Origin: Klebsiella phage vB_KpnS-Carvaje
Sequence record: NC_071011.1
DNA length: 56,858 nt
Strand: one strand, 5' to 3'
Part shown: positions 44,735 to 53,990 of the stretch, in pieces
How the letters are laid out: each line of letters begins with the position of its first letter
Numbering within the stretch: position 1 is the first letter of the stretch
The notes under the pieces: generated by a model
The model's database searches: none
Seen by the model: the letters and a program-made list of their open reading frames with translations, nothing else
What the model was told of the DNA's origin: nothing
Position numbers and translations under genes: made by a program

Positions 44735-45241
44735 ATGCAGGATCTGATGATTGATATTGAAACATGTGGCACGAAACCCGGTTGTGCGGTGTTGTCAATC
44801 GGTGCTGTCTATTTCGATCGTAAAGGTAACATCGGCGAACAGTTTTACGCATCGATGGGGTTTAGCGCATTGTCGTATGGTCATGCTGACGTTAACACAA
44901 TGCGTTGGTGGTCGCGGCAATCTGAACAGGCGTGTAATGATGCGTTTGGTGGGACGGATGACCCGCGCGAAGTTGCACAACGTTTTGCAAAATTCATTCG
45001 TTCTGGTGTGCGTCCCTGGGGTAATGGATCAGTATTCGATATCACTATTTTAGAAGCATGGTTTGATGCTGTAGCCGTTGAATGCCCGTGGAAATTCTGG
45101 AACGTTCGTGATGTTCGCACTGCTGTAGATTTGCTGGGTATCAATACAAAACTGTTTACGCGCGAAGGTGTGTTTCATAACGCGCTGGATGATTGCCTTC
45201 ATCAGATCAAATACCTGACCAGCGGGACTAAACATTTATGA
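44735..45241 (+). CDS. DnaQ-like 3'-5' exonuclease (DEDDh)
   Basis: 168 aa; Exo I IDIET, Exo III HNALDD. Confidence 0.75.
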   Translation: MQDLMIDIETCGTKPGCAVLSIGAVYFDRKGNIGEQFYASMGFSALSYGHADVNTMRWWSRQSEQACNDAFGGTDDPREVAQRFAKFIRSGVRPWGNGSVFDITILEAWFDAVAVECPWKFWNVRDVRTAVDLLGINTKLFTREGVFHNALDDCLHQIKYLTSGTKHL

Positions 45242-45729
45242 CACCACTTGAACAATGGGCGAAACGCCACGGTGTCAGCCAGATGGCGCTATATGAACTG
45301 TACGGTTTGTTTCAGCCGGACGGGAAACCGCATGAGGATGGTGTTAGCGAGTCAGCAACGTCTAAAGAATGCGAACTGATCGCGGCTCGTGCTGGTCAAC
45401 GTCTCTGGCGAAATAACAACGGTGCTTTACAAAACGAAAAAGGCCAGTGGGTTCGTTACGGTCTGGGTAATACCAGCAAGAAGATCAACGATGTTATGAA
45501 ATCCAGTGATTATATCGGGATCAAAACGTTGATCATCACCCCTGCTGATGTTGGGCGTAAAATTGGAATGTTCATCGCCGCTGAAATGAAAGAACCAAAC
45601 TGGCACATGACACCCAGCGATAAACGCGCACAGGCGCAGGCAACTTTTGGTACAGTTGTAGTTAATGCAGGTGGTGAATTCAGATTCATCACCCACCCAT
45701 CACAGTTTGAACAATGGATGAAACAATGA
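45238..45729 (+). CDS. VRR-NUC domain nuclease (putative)
   Basis: 163 aa; PD-(D/E)XK-like SDYIGI...FIAAEMK. Confidence 0.5.
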   Translation: MTPLEQWAKRHGVSQMALYELYGLFQPDGKPHEDGVSESATSKECELIAARAGQRLWRNNNGALQNEKGQWVRYGLGNTSKKINDVMKSSDYIGIKTLIITPADVGRKIGMFIAAEMKEPNWHMTPSDKRAQAQATFGTVVVNAGGEFRFITHPSQFEQWMKQ

Positions 45730-45899
45730 ATAACGAACGCGTAAACCGTCTGCAAAAACTGATTGATAACCATGGTATCGAAAACGTCGCTAAACGTATG
45801 AACGTTACTGAAATTCACATTAAACGTAACCTTCTCACGGGTCATTCAGCGATCAATCTGGTAAAACTCATGGCTGCTGAACGTCAGTTCGGAGCGTAG
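45726..45899 (+). CDS. small HTH-like protein
   Basis: 57 aa; VAKRMNVTEIHIKRNL helix-turn-helix-like; ATGA coupling. Confidence 0.35.
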   Translation: MNNERVNRLQKLIDNHGIENVAKRMNVTEIHIKRNLLTGHSAINLVKLMAAERQFGA

Positions 45900-45902
45900 A
45901 TC

Positions 45903-48257
45903 ATGAAAGGATTGCTGAACCGCAAACAATGGGTCTGCTGGAGACTGGAACACGTTGAAGGTCGCCCAAAACCTACCAAAGTACCTTACAGCCCAATTCA
46001 CGGGTATAAAGCCAGTACAACAAACCCTGCTGACTGGTCTGACTATCATACTGCGCTTGGTATGGCGCAAATGTATGGTATGTCAGGTGTCGGTTTCGTG
46101 TTCACTGAAAACGATCCTTATTTTTTCATTGACGTTGATAACTGTCTGGTAGACCAGGCTACCGCTACATGGTCACCACTGGCGCACGAATTTGTAAACC
46201 GTTTCCCCGGCGCTTATACGGAAGTAAGTCAGTCAGGAACAGGTTTGCATATCATCTGTGCTTACACCAGTTTACCGGAAGGTTTCAACAGCCTTAATGA
46301 TCAGAAAACCGGACTTGAAATGTACTGGCGCGATCGTTTTGTCGCCATGACATTAACAGGAAACGGTGAAGTTGACGTTGATTATACACAGGGTGTTCAT
46401 GACTCTATCGCCCGGTATGGTCGTATTCGTTCCGATCGTTCAGCGCACTGGACCAGCGCACCCTGTGATGAATGGTCCGGGCCTGACGATGATGAAGAAC
46501 TGATCGCAATGGCGTTAAAGTCGTCCAGTGCGGCTTCAGTTTTTGGCAATAAAGCATCATTTGCGGATCTGTGGACTGCTAATGTCGAAAAGCTGTCTGT
46601 CAGTTATGCCAGCGATCAAGGAAAAGATTACAACGCGTCAGCCGCAGATGCTGCCCTGTGTTCACACCTTGCTTTCTGGACAGGTAAAAACTGTGAACGC
46701 ATGGAGCGGTTATTTAATAAATCAGCGCTTGTTCGTAGTAAGTGGACTGATCGACAGGATTACCGCGAAACCACCATATTAGGCGCGGTTGAACGTTGCG
46801 ATACTGTTTATCGTGCGCAACCTGCGCTGACCCCAGAACTGATTAACGCTGTTACGCCAGCGCCTACAGTTGCGGTAACGGGTAGTGTTCCGGCGTATAT
46901 GTCGATCAGACCTGGTGAAGGTGCTTATGGGGCTAACCACACAGTTAACGCATCCACTTTCGTTAATAACTATTATCCAAATAACACGCTGGTTTTTGTA
47001 CAGCAGCAACCGTACCGCTTTAACGGTCGCGTCTGGGAACGTGTGACAGAAGATGAATTAAAACATCAGTTATCTATGGCAATGCTGGCAAGCGAACCAA
47101 AAGCTGACGTTATTAATGGTACCTATAAGGTTTTAAGCTATTTATTCACCCGTGCAGATCGTGAGTTAGGCACCTGGCCGGGCGTTGATGTTTCACACTA
47201 TATTGTGTGTCAAAATGGGATACTTGACGTTCACACCAGAAAATGTGAACCGCATAACCCTGATTTCTTCACCACCAGTATTTTACCATACAGTTATGAC
47301 CCTTTCGCACAAGCACCCGTTTTTCAGGATTTTCTGAATACTACGCTGGAAGGCGATCAGGAACGTATTGCACTATTGCAGGAATGGCTGGGGTATATGC
47401 TGGTTAACTCCTATGACTATCAGAAAGCGATGTTACTGATCGGTGCGCCTCGTTCTGGTAAAGGTACTATTGGCCAGATTATTCAGGCGCTGGTAGGTGA
47501 TGAAGCCTATGCCGGGATTACGCTTGAAGGGCTGGCAAGTGATGCTGTTCTGGAAACTGTGCTTGATAAATCGGTGTTATTTATTGGTGATGCTCACAGT
47601 GTTTCCGGGCCTGACCGTAACAGGATCCTCGACCGTTTTAAATCGATAACCGGTGCTGATGCGATACCTGTTAACCGTAAATATAAAGGGGCCTGGAATG
47701 GTCGTTTACCGGGTCGTATGACACTTGCCGCGAACAACATCCCGGCCTTTGCTGATGATTCCGGCGCAATGGCAAACCGCTTGCTGATCCTGCCGTTTAA
47801 TATCTCATTTCTGGGTCGTGAAGATATCACGCTGAAATCACGGTTAATGAAAGAATTACCGGGGATCTGCAACTGGGCTATCGAAGGTCTTGAACGGTTG
47901 CGTAAAAATAACCGCTTCACTGAACCAACAGCAAGTATTGTTGAACGTCAGGAAATCATGGATCAGCAGGCACCGTTGATGGCTTTCGTTCGCGACTGCT
48001 GCGAGCTGTTACCTGATGGCGTAACCCACACTGAAGAACTTTTCTGTAGATATAAAATGTGGAAGATGCAGGAAGGCGGCGCAACGATGACTAAAACCGC
48101 TTTCAGCCGGGCGTTTAAAAGTATGTTGCGTGGTCGTGTGGTTAAAGATGTGGTGTCTGTTAACGGTCAGCGGGCGAACGGTTTTCGGGGAGTGCGTTTA
48201 CTCCCTTTCCAGCCAGCGGGTAACGTTGTTCCTTTCGCGCCCGCCAGTAATAGTTAA
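45903..48257 (+). CDS. primase-helicase (AEP-type PrimPol N-terminal domain plus D5/P4-like SF3 helicase)
   Basis: 784 aa; FIDVDN and SQSGTGLHIIC AEP motifs; Walker A GAPRSGKGT in the C-terminal half. Confidence 0.85.
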   Translation: MKGLLNRKQWVCWRLEHVEGRPKPTKVPYSPIHGYKASTTNPADWSDYHTALGMAQMYGMSGVGFVFTENDPYFFIDVDNCLVDQATATWSPLAHEFVNRFPGAYTEVSQSGTGLHIICAYTSLPEGFNSLNDQKTGLEMYWRDRFVAMTLTGNGEVDVDYTQGVHDSIARYGRIRSDRSAHWTSAPCDEWSGPDDDEELIAMALKSSSAASVFGNKASFADLWTANVEKLSVSYASDQGKDYNASAADAALCSHLAFWTGKNCERMERLFNKSALVRSKWTDRQDYRETTILGAVERCDTVYRAQPALTPELINAVTPAPTVAVTGSVPAYMSIRPGEGAYGANHTVNASTFVNNYYPNNTLVFVQQQPYRFNGRVWERVTEDELKHQLSMAMLASEPKADVINGTYKVLSYLFTRADRELGTWPGVDVSHYIVCQNGILDVHTRKCEPHNPDFFTTSILPYSYDPFAQAPVFQDFLNTTLEGDQERIALLQEWLGYMLVNSYDYQKAMLLIGAPRSGKGTIGQIIQALVGDEAYAGITLEGLASDAVLETVLDKSVLFIGDAHSVSGPDRNRILDRFKSITGADAIPVNRKYKGAWNGRLPGRMTLAANNIPAFADDSGAMANRLLILPFNISFLGREDITLKSRLMKELPGICNWAIEGLERLRKNNRFTEPTASIVERQEIMDQQAPLMAFVRDCCELLPDGVTHTEELFCRYKMWKMQEGGATMTKTAFSRAFKSMLRGRVVKDVVSVNGQRANGFRGVRLLPFQPAGNVVPFAPASNS

Positions 48258-48295
48258 AATAATTCTTGACGGATTACAAGGAAGTGATCCATACT
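48256..48295 (+). promoter_or_regulatory. promoter cassette, copy 9 (rightward; -35 TTGACG, 18 bp, -10 CATACT) with the conserved leader
   Basis: AAAATAATTCTTGACGGATTACAAGGAAGTGATCCATACT then ACTGAACAGGGGTTAAGACG then ATG. Confidence 0.55.
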
Positions 48296-48325
48296 CTGTA
48301 CATCAACTGAACAGGGGTTAAGACG

Positions 48326-48535
48326 ATGGTTAACGTTAAGTGCGTCAAAGATAACGAAGGCTACTGGACTGAAGGTGAAATTTATCAGGCTGAAACAGAA
48401 CCGGGTGGTTTTTTAAGAATCGGTGACGATGACGACAAAAATGCTGATTGGTGTTTAGTGCCTGTGTCATATGATGAAAATGAAAAAGCCACTTATTCAT
48501 TAGCTGGTTTAGACGCTGAATTTGTTGATCTATGA
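48326..48535 (+). CDS. hypothetical protein
   Basis: 69-aa ORF, first after the promoter. Confidence 0.4.
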   Translation: MVNVKCVKDNEGYWTEGEIYQAETEPGGFLRIGDDDDKNADWCLVPVSYDENEKATYSLAGLDAEFVDL

Positions 48536-48759
48536 AACATCGCCGTAAGCAATATACATGCCGTTGTAGCGCTTATGACTTCCCACACCGTTTCAGCGGT
48601 GGGCGCTGTCAGGGTTTGTGGTTAGTCGAGCCTAATCATTATTGCCCGGCGTGTAACTTGCTTACGGATTCTGGTTGTCAGGTTATCAACGGTATTGAAC
48701 ATCCGCGTGAATGTCCGTTAGTTCAGGACTTTTGCAATCACCACGAGGTTAAATTATGA
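48532..48759 (+). CDS. Cys-rich small protein
   Basis: 75 aa with 8 Cys. Confidence 0.35.
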   Translation: MKHRRKQYTCRCSAYDFPHRFSGGRCQGLWLVEPNHYCPACNLLTDSGCQVINGIEHPRECPLVQDFCNHHEVKL

Positions 48760-48968
48760 AACCGCGTTATCGGTTAATGAAATTATCAGATTGTGCAAAT
48801 GGTACGCGATTTTATTTTTATCGTTCTAAAATGATGCTGCCTTATACGCTGATTGCCATCAATCGTAAGAAATACGAAGGTGTTTATCACATAGGTCATG
48901 ATTTCAATATTAATGTTCGGATGTTTAGAACATCGTTAAATAAACAAGTTTGGGCTAAGGTGGAATAA
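48756..48968 (+). CDS. hypothetical protein
   Basis: 70-aa ORF. Confidence 0.3.
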   Translation: MKPRYRLMKLSDCANGTRFYFYRSKMMLPYTLIAINRKKYEGVYHIGHDFNINVRMFRTSLNKQVWAKVE

Positions 48969-49223
48969 ATGGAGTGGAAAACAATCAATCGTCGTAGTGG
49001 TAATGTTGAGTATTATTATATCGGTAAAATTGCAGTGGCTTCTGTTCAATGGGATTTCGGACAGAGTAAAGGAACCAACCTTACTCATCGCGCTACTATT
49101 GACCTACCGTGCTTGAAAAATAATGTTAAAAATACTACTCACGCGGGCGAACAATCAGCGAAAGAATACGCTGAAGCAGTTGTTAAACGCTGGGTAGATG
49201 CTGCCGGACTGGAGTTTAAATAA
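48969..49223 (+). CDS. hypothetical protein
   Basis: 84-aa ORF. Confidence 0.35.
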   Translation: MEWKTINRRSGNVEYYYIGKIAVASVQWDFGQSKGTNLTHRATIDLPCLKNNVKNTTHAGEQSAKEYAEAVVKRWVDAAGLEFK

Positions 49224-49417
49224 TGGGTGGTCGTGGGTCTTGTCGTCGAACTCGTTCGTTACGCTGCAGCAAGTGTTATGAACAATACGGTTATAACGGT
49301 CTTGTCAAAGTAACAGGTAAGAATGGAAACGCTTTTACCTGCCGCTGTGAAACCTGTGGTTATACTTATCAAACAACATCAGCGGCTGCACGCCGCACCT
49401 GGAGATACCATGCTTGA
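49223..49417 (+). CDS. zinc-ribbon protein
   Basis: 64 aa; CSKC...CRCETCGY. Confidence 0.35.
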   Translation: MGGRGSCRRTRSLRCSKCYEQYGYNGLVKVTGKNGNAFTCRCETCGYTYQTTSAAARRTWRYHA

Positions 49418-49571
49418 ACGTATCGTCATTTCAATTATTTTTCTGATTTCCGTGGCGCTGGTTTCATCGAATCTGGCGTTTATCAGTGAACAGTGGGTAC
49501 TGGCGTTAACAGGTGTTGTTGCAGCATTAGCCAGTATTGCCGCGTGCATGTGGGGTGCTCAAAATGACTGA
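49410..49571 (+). CDS. small membrane protein
   Basis: 53 aa, two hydrophobic segments; RBS GGAGATA. Confidence 0.35.
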   Translation: MLERIVISIIFLISVALVSSNLAFISEQWVLALTGVVAALASIAACMWGAQND

Positions 49572-49779
49572 ATTAGGAGCGGTGATCCGTAAAGGTGAAT
49601 ATTACGCACAAATTAATGATCGGCTGAACTGGGTTGATATTAATCATGCGACTGTTTTCAGTTCAACGTATAAAGCCGGTATCGCACTGCAGGCACTTCG
49701 CGAACAGGGGTTTGACGTGCGTAAAATGTGTGTCGCACAGGTTAAGGTAATAACTAGTGTAATGGAGACTGGTGTATGA
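49564..49779 (+). CDS. hypothetical protein
   Basis: 71-aa ORF. Confidence 0.3.
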   Translation: MTELGAVIRKGEYYAQINDRLNWVDINHATVFSSTYKAGIALQALREQGFDVRKMCVAQVKVITSVMETGV

Positions 49780-50465
49780 AAGTCGTCTGGTCGCTCTTTG
49801 ATGGTTCCGGGATTATGGGTTTACCGTGGGCTGAGGCTGGTTATCAGGTTTATTGCTTTAATGCGGATAAGGGTAATCACGGTGAATATAAAGTCAAAAT
49901 GGATCACCCCAACCTTCATTACATTGATCAGTGGATTAACCCAGATTTTGCAATTAAACGTGAAATCCTCGGAACGCCGTTACCGTCTATCATTTTTGGT
50001 TTCCCTGATTGCACGCTATTTGCTCAATGTGGGTCACAGCATGAACGATCGCAGGGGTCGCTACAATACGCGTTGACGCTGGCAAAACTAATCCGTGAAC
50101 TGGGCGAACGATATAACGTACCGTGGATGATCGAAAACCCGGTAGGCGCATTATCCTGTCCAGATATGATGGGTAAACCTCACGCATATTTTCACCCGTG
50201 GGAATACGGCGGTCACATGACTGCTGATGACCGACCATTTCACCCAAAAATGCCGATGTTTGATGGGTATACAAAGAAAACCTGTTTATGGTTTGGTAAC
50301 GGCTTTAAGATGCCTGAAAAGTGTCCGGGTCCGATTAATATTGGTTTCTTCTGGGGCTGGAAGTATCTCGGTGGTAAGTCTGAAACGACTAAACAGTTAC
50401 GATCGTTAACGCCGCGTGGTTTTGCTCGTGCGGTATTCAGGGCTAACCATCATGACCCATCTTGA
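49776..50465 (+). CDS. short C5-cytosine-methyltransferase-like protein (motifs I, IV-like, VI; no obvious target-recognition domain)
   Basis: 229 aa; LFDGSGIMG (motif I F.G.GG), FGFPDCTLFAQCG (PC-like), MIENPVG (ENV). Confidence 0.5.
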   Translation: MKVVWSLFDGSGIMGLPWAEAGYQVYCFNADKGNHGEYKVKMDHPNLHYIDQWINPDFAIKREILGTPLPSIIFGFPDCTLFAQCGSQHERSQGSLQYALTLAKLIRELGERYNVPWMIENPVGALSCPDMMGKPHAYFHPWEYGGHMTADDRPFHPKMPMFDGYTKKTCLWFGNGFKMPEKCPGPINIGFFWGWKYLGGKSETTKQLRSLTPRGFARAVFRANHHDPS

Positions 50466-50649
50466 AAAACTACGGTCGCTGATGGGGTATTACCAGTCAG
50501 GTAGCGATCAGATAATCAGTCTTGCCCAGGATCCCCACACGGGGCTTTACTGGGTCAGTTGTAAACGTGCCTGGTATGAATGCGGCGCAACACTGGAAGC
50601 CGCAATTGATACTGCCTACGAAAAACATGGGGTGCCTTCCTATGAGTGA
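50452..50649 (+). CDS. hypothetical protein
   Basis: 65-aa ORF. Confidence 0.25.
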   Translation: MTHLEKLRSLMGYYQSGSDQIISLAQDPHTGLYWVSCKRAWYECGATLEAAIDTAYEKHGVPSYE

Positions 50650-50890
50650 ATTTAACTTAGAGAAATTAAAAGAAATTGCTGAAACAGATCATGTTCAGTG
50701 TGGTGATGCGTCATGGTTAGCTAACAGACTTTTAGAAATTCTGGAAGCGCAACCAGCGGCATTTCTAATTGAGTTTGAAGAAGCTGTTACTGAGGATCAT
50801 ACGCGTTTTTGTGCTGATGTAGTATTTGAAAAACCTGAAGGTCATTACGGCGAATGTTCAACAGAACTCATCAGGAAACCAAAACTATGA
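50642..50890 (+). CDS. hypothetical protein; shares N-terminal motif IETDHVQCG with the 52679 gene
   Basis: 82 aa. Confidence 0.4.
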   Translation: MSEFNLEKLKEIAETDHVQCGDASWLANRLLEILEAQPAAFLIEFEEAVTEDHTRFCADVVFEKPEGHYGECSTELIRKPKL

Positions 50891-51282
50891 TAGTCGTGGT
50901 CACTGGTGGTCGTGATTATAACGATCAGGCCGCTATCTTTGGTGCGTTATCAGCATTGCACGCCCAACACCCGATTACCGAACTGATCGAAGGTGAAGCG
51001 TCTGGTGTTGATACCATTTGCCGTGAGTGGGCACAACTGCATGCGATCCCTGTGCGCCGTTGTCCTGCTGACTGGGGTAACCTTGACGTACCGGGCGCGG
51101 TTATTAAGCAGGGTAAACACGGGCCTTATAATGCCGTTGCTGGTCATCAGCGCAATCAGTCTATGCTGGATAATGAGCCACGTCCGACATATGGTGTTGT
51201 GTTTCCTGGTGGGCGCGGAACGGCTGATATGCATCGTCGCATGTTGAAAGCTGGTTTAACTGTGTGGGTGCCTTACTCGTGA
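50887..51282 (+). CDS. DUF2493 / SLOG-like Rossmann-fold protein
   Basis: 131 aa; VVVTGGRDY...EGEASGVDT...FPGGRGT pattern. Confidence 0.5.
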   Translation: MIVVVTGGRDYNDQAAIFGALSALHAQHPITELIEGEASGVDTICREWAQLHAIPVRRCPADWGNLDVPGAVIKQGKHGPYNAVAGHQRNQSMLDNEPRPTYGVVFPGGRGTADMHRRMLKAGLTVWVPYS

Positions 51283-51707
51283 AACTGTCTAAAAAACAGC
51301 GTCAGGAACTGCGCATGAAGTTTGGCGGATATTGTGCTTACTGTGGTCAGTTGTTGCCGGAAAAAGGCTGGCACGCTGATCATGTTGAGGCGATCCACAG
51401 GAAACTTGAAATTGATGAGGATGCAAGAAGCAAAGGAAAATGGAAACTGAAACAGACTGGTGAATCATACCGACCACAGCATGATACGCTAGAAAATCTT
51501 TATCCAGCTTGTGCACCCTGTAACCTGTTTAAATCTGTTTATGATATTGAGGAATTCAGGAGACAAATTGCCTTTCAGGCTGGGAGAGCACTTAAAACAT
51601 CTGTTAACTTCCGCACTGCTGAACGCTTCGGACTGGTTCAGGTAGTCGAACGCCCCGTGGTATTCTGGTTCGAGATCTACCCTCTCATAGTTCAAAATAA
51701 TTCTTGA
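51279..51707 (+). CDS. HNH endonuclease
   Basis: CAYCG...HADHV...N..PACAPCN HNH motif; GTGA overlap start. Confidence 0.75.
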   Translation: MKLSKKQRQELRMKFGGYCAYCGQLLPEKGWHADHVEAIHRKLEIDEDARSKGKWKLKQTGESYRPQHDTLENLYPACAPCNLFKSVYDIEEFRRQIAFQAGRALKTSVNFRTAERFGLVQVVERPVVFWFEIYPLIVQNNS

Positions 51708-51732
51708 CACATTGCAAACCCTCCACCATAAT
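51694..51732 (+). promoter_or_regulatory. promoter cassette, copy 10 (rightward; -35 TTGACA, 17 bp, -10 CATAAT)
   Basis: AAAATAATTCTTGACACATTGCAAACCCTCCACCATAAT. Confidence 0.6.
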
Positions 51733-51766
51733 CAGCCTCAGTTACTACACATGAGGCTGAAAACCA

Positions 51767-52564
51767 ATGTCTAACATCCATTCACTGCGCAAGCTGTCAG
51801 AAGCAGACAAAGAAAACGTAAAACGCGCTAACTCCTTCATGATCGACCCGCGCATTATCCAGATCGAGCCGGGCTTTAACCCGCGTGGTATGTTCACGGA
51901 AAACTACTGGGAACAGCCTGATACTCTGGCGCATATCGAACAGTTCGTTAAAGCGTATCGCAACGGTGATTTCGTCCCGCCGATCGCCGTTAAAGTTATC
52001 AATGGTGTGCCGTATGTACGCGACGGTGAGCACCGCTTACGGGCGCTGCGTAAACTGATCGCTGAGGGTGTACCATTCCAGCGTGTTGAAGTCGTTGAAG
52101 CGTCTGGTGACGAACTGGCGCAGGCTAAAACCAACTTTAACGCTAACAATGGTCGCCAGTGGTCAGCCGTCGAACGTGCGGTTCATTATGGTCGCCAGTG
52201 GTCAGCCGTCGAACGTGCGGTTCATTATGGGCGCTTTAAATCCTACGGTATGACCGTTGAAGAAATCGCCCACGAAGTTGGTAAAACCGTACAGCACGTT
52301 TACCAGTTGCTGACTATCCTTGAAATGCCGCTGGAACTCAAACGCCGGATCCAGGAAGGGTCGATCAGCGCATCAGCCGCTATCAACCTGTTTAAAAACC
52401 CGGACGTTGCTACCGTAAAACGTCCCCCGGCTAAACTGATTCGTTCGGCTGTTGAAGCCATCCGTGGTGAATGGTCGGTCACGCGTCAGGAAGGCGGTAA
52501 AGTCCTGGTTGAACTGACCGCTGAACAGTACGAAGCACTGAAGGCGCTGAAAGATCATGAATAA
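51767..52564 (+). CDS. ParB-like nuclease domain protein
   Basis: 265 aa; VRDGEHRLRAL ParB/Srx motif; contains a 39-bp in-frame tandem duplication. Confidence 0.7.
   Translation: MSNIHSLRKLSEADKENVKRANSFMIDPRIIQIEPGFNPRGMFTENYWEQPDTLAHIEQFVKAYRNGDFVPPIAVKVINGVPYVRDGEHRLRALRKLIAEGVPFQRVEVVEASGDELAQAKTNFNANNGRQWSAVERAVHYGRQWSAVERAVHYGRFKSYGMTVEEIAHEVGKTVQHVYQLLTILEMPLELKRRIQEGSISASAAINLFKNPDVATVKRPPAKLIRSAVEAIRGEWSVTRQEGGKVLVELTAEQYEALKALKDHE
52151..52228 (+). repeat. perfect 39-bp tandem duplication (x2) inside the ParB-like gene (GRQWSAVERAVHY x2)
   Basis: Read directly. Confidence 0.85.
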
Positions 52565-52678
52565 ACTATTAATAGAAGCGTCACGGTTCAGAACGGCGGA
52601 AGAACGCCGTTCATTTTTCAAAACGATTATCGGCGCGTTTTTGTTTGGCGGGCTGATACTTCTGTTGAGGGCAGTTTT

Positions 52679-53272
52679 ATGACCAGAGAAGAACTGCTGA
52701 ACATCATTGAAACCGATCACGTTCAGTGTGGCGAGGCTGCTGCACTGGCCCGCATGGCGCTGGCGTTTTATGAGTGGCATGATAAAACAGCGTGGGTACA
52801 AACGGATAAGCGCTTTGATGTCCTGACGCCGTGGGGTAAGCATCGGGCGGATGTTCTGAAAGAATATATTGAACATCTGGAAAACCGTATTGCAATGGAC
52901 AGCAAACCGGCTGTGGTCATTGCTGGTCTCACTGAAGACGAACTGGATGAGATACAAGAGCGGATAAAATATGAAAATGTGCGACCAGATGGGATAATCG
53001 TTACGCAGCCAGCACCGGTAGTGCCGGGTGGCTACGCTTTGGTGCCATTAAAACCAACCAAAGATATGCTTACAGCAGCTGAATATGACCGTGGCGCTGA
53101 CTGGCAATACGCCATCGATATCTGGGACTCTATGTGCCGCGCCGCCATGCTCGCTACTGTGCCGGAATCCGAAGATCGCTATTTGGTACCGGAAAATGTT
53201 TCAAGGAAAGATGCGTATCTGGCAGGAGAGTGGAACAATGAATGTAACCCACGAGAGACTGACCATGACTAA
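52679..53272 (+). CDS. hypothetical protein (N-terminal IETDHVQCGEAA domain; C-terminal PTKDML segment reminiscent of DUF550/551 prophage proteins)
   Basis: 197 aa. Confidence 0.4.
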   Translation: MTREELLNIIETDHVQCGEAAALARMALAFYEWHDKTAWVQTDKRFDVLTPWGKHRADVLKEYIEHLENRIAMDSKPAVVIAGLTEDELDEIQERIKYENVRPDGIIVTQPAPVVPGGYALVPLKPTKDMLTAAEYDRGADWQYAIDIWDSMCRAAMLATVPESEDRYLVPENVSRKDAYLAGEWNNECNPRETDHD

Positions 53273-53633
53273 TATCATTGAACTGGTACAGATCCTGAAA
53301 ACTGCAGCCAATATAACCGCCGATGCCATCGACCGCCTAAACGCATTTCCAGGTGACGAACTAATTGACCTTTCACAACACGAAGGTGAACAGGTCGACA
53401 TTGATATCACAACGATCAATAAATGGTACGAGTTATCAAGTCCGGCTAATATCCTCGTTCTGGTAGAGGCGCTGGAGAAGGCGCAGCAGCCGGTAGTGCC
53501 GGATGAGATTAAAAAACGCCTACCAGAAATAATGCGTACTGGAAAGGCAAATCGTTGGGAGATTCATGATTTGGCAAAAATTTGTGCCATGCTCGCAGCC
53601 GCACCACAGGAGACTGACCATGTCAGAAAATAA
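53238..53633 (+). CDS. hypothetical protein
   Basis: 131 aa from ATG 53238 (RBS GGAGAG). Confidence 0.35.
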   Translation: MNVTHERLTMTNIIELVQILKTAANITADAIDRLNAFPGDELIDLSQHEGEQVDIDITTINKWYELSSPANILVLVEALEKAQQPVVPDEIKKRLPEIMRTGKANRWEIHDLAKICAMLAAAPQETDHVRK

Positions 53634-53778
53634 CCCCAACTACGGTACAATTCAGTGTAAGTCTAAATTTATACGGCTTACAGCAGATGAAGAAAAAGCC
53701 TGTAAAGGACGCAATAGTTTTCCCAGCGTTAATGAAAACAAGTGGGTCAATAAATTTATTAAGGATGGTAAGAAATGA
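53620..53778 (+). CDS. small hypothetical protein
   Basis: 52 aa; RBS AGGAG. Confidence 0.3.
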   Translation: MSENNPNYGTIQCKSKFIRLTADEEKACKGRNSFPSVNENKWVNKFIKDGKK

Positions 53779-53990
53779 CCGTTCGTTTTCTTAACTCAAC
53801 TCCTGCCCGTGATATTAAACCCAGTGATAAAATCGAATGTTTCGGTGAATGGTACTGGGTGCGTTATATCAATTATCACGGGTCGTCGCTTACTTTGCGC
53901 CTGCAACCAGAAGATGAACCGCTGTCTGAAAACATTCGCATTGTTGTGACGGTGCCGGGCGACTTGATGATCGATGTGGAGGCACGCTAA
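53775..53990 (+). CDS. hypothetical protein
   Basis: 71 aa. Confidence 0.35.
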   Translation: MTVRFLNSTPARDIKPSDKIECFGEWYWVRYINYHGSSLTLRLQPEDEPLSENIRIVVTVPGDLMIDVEAR

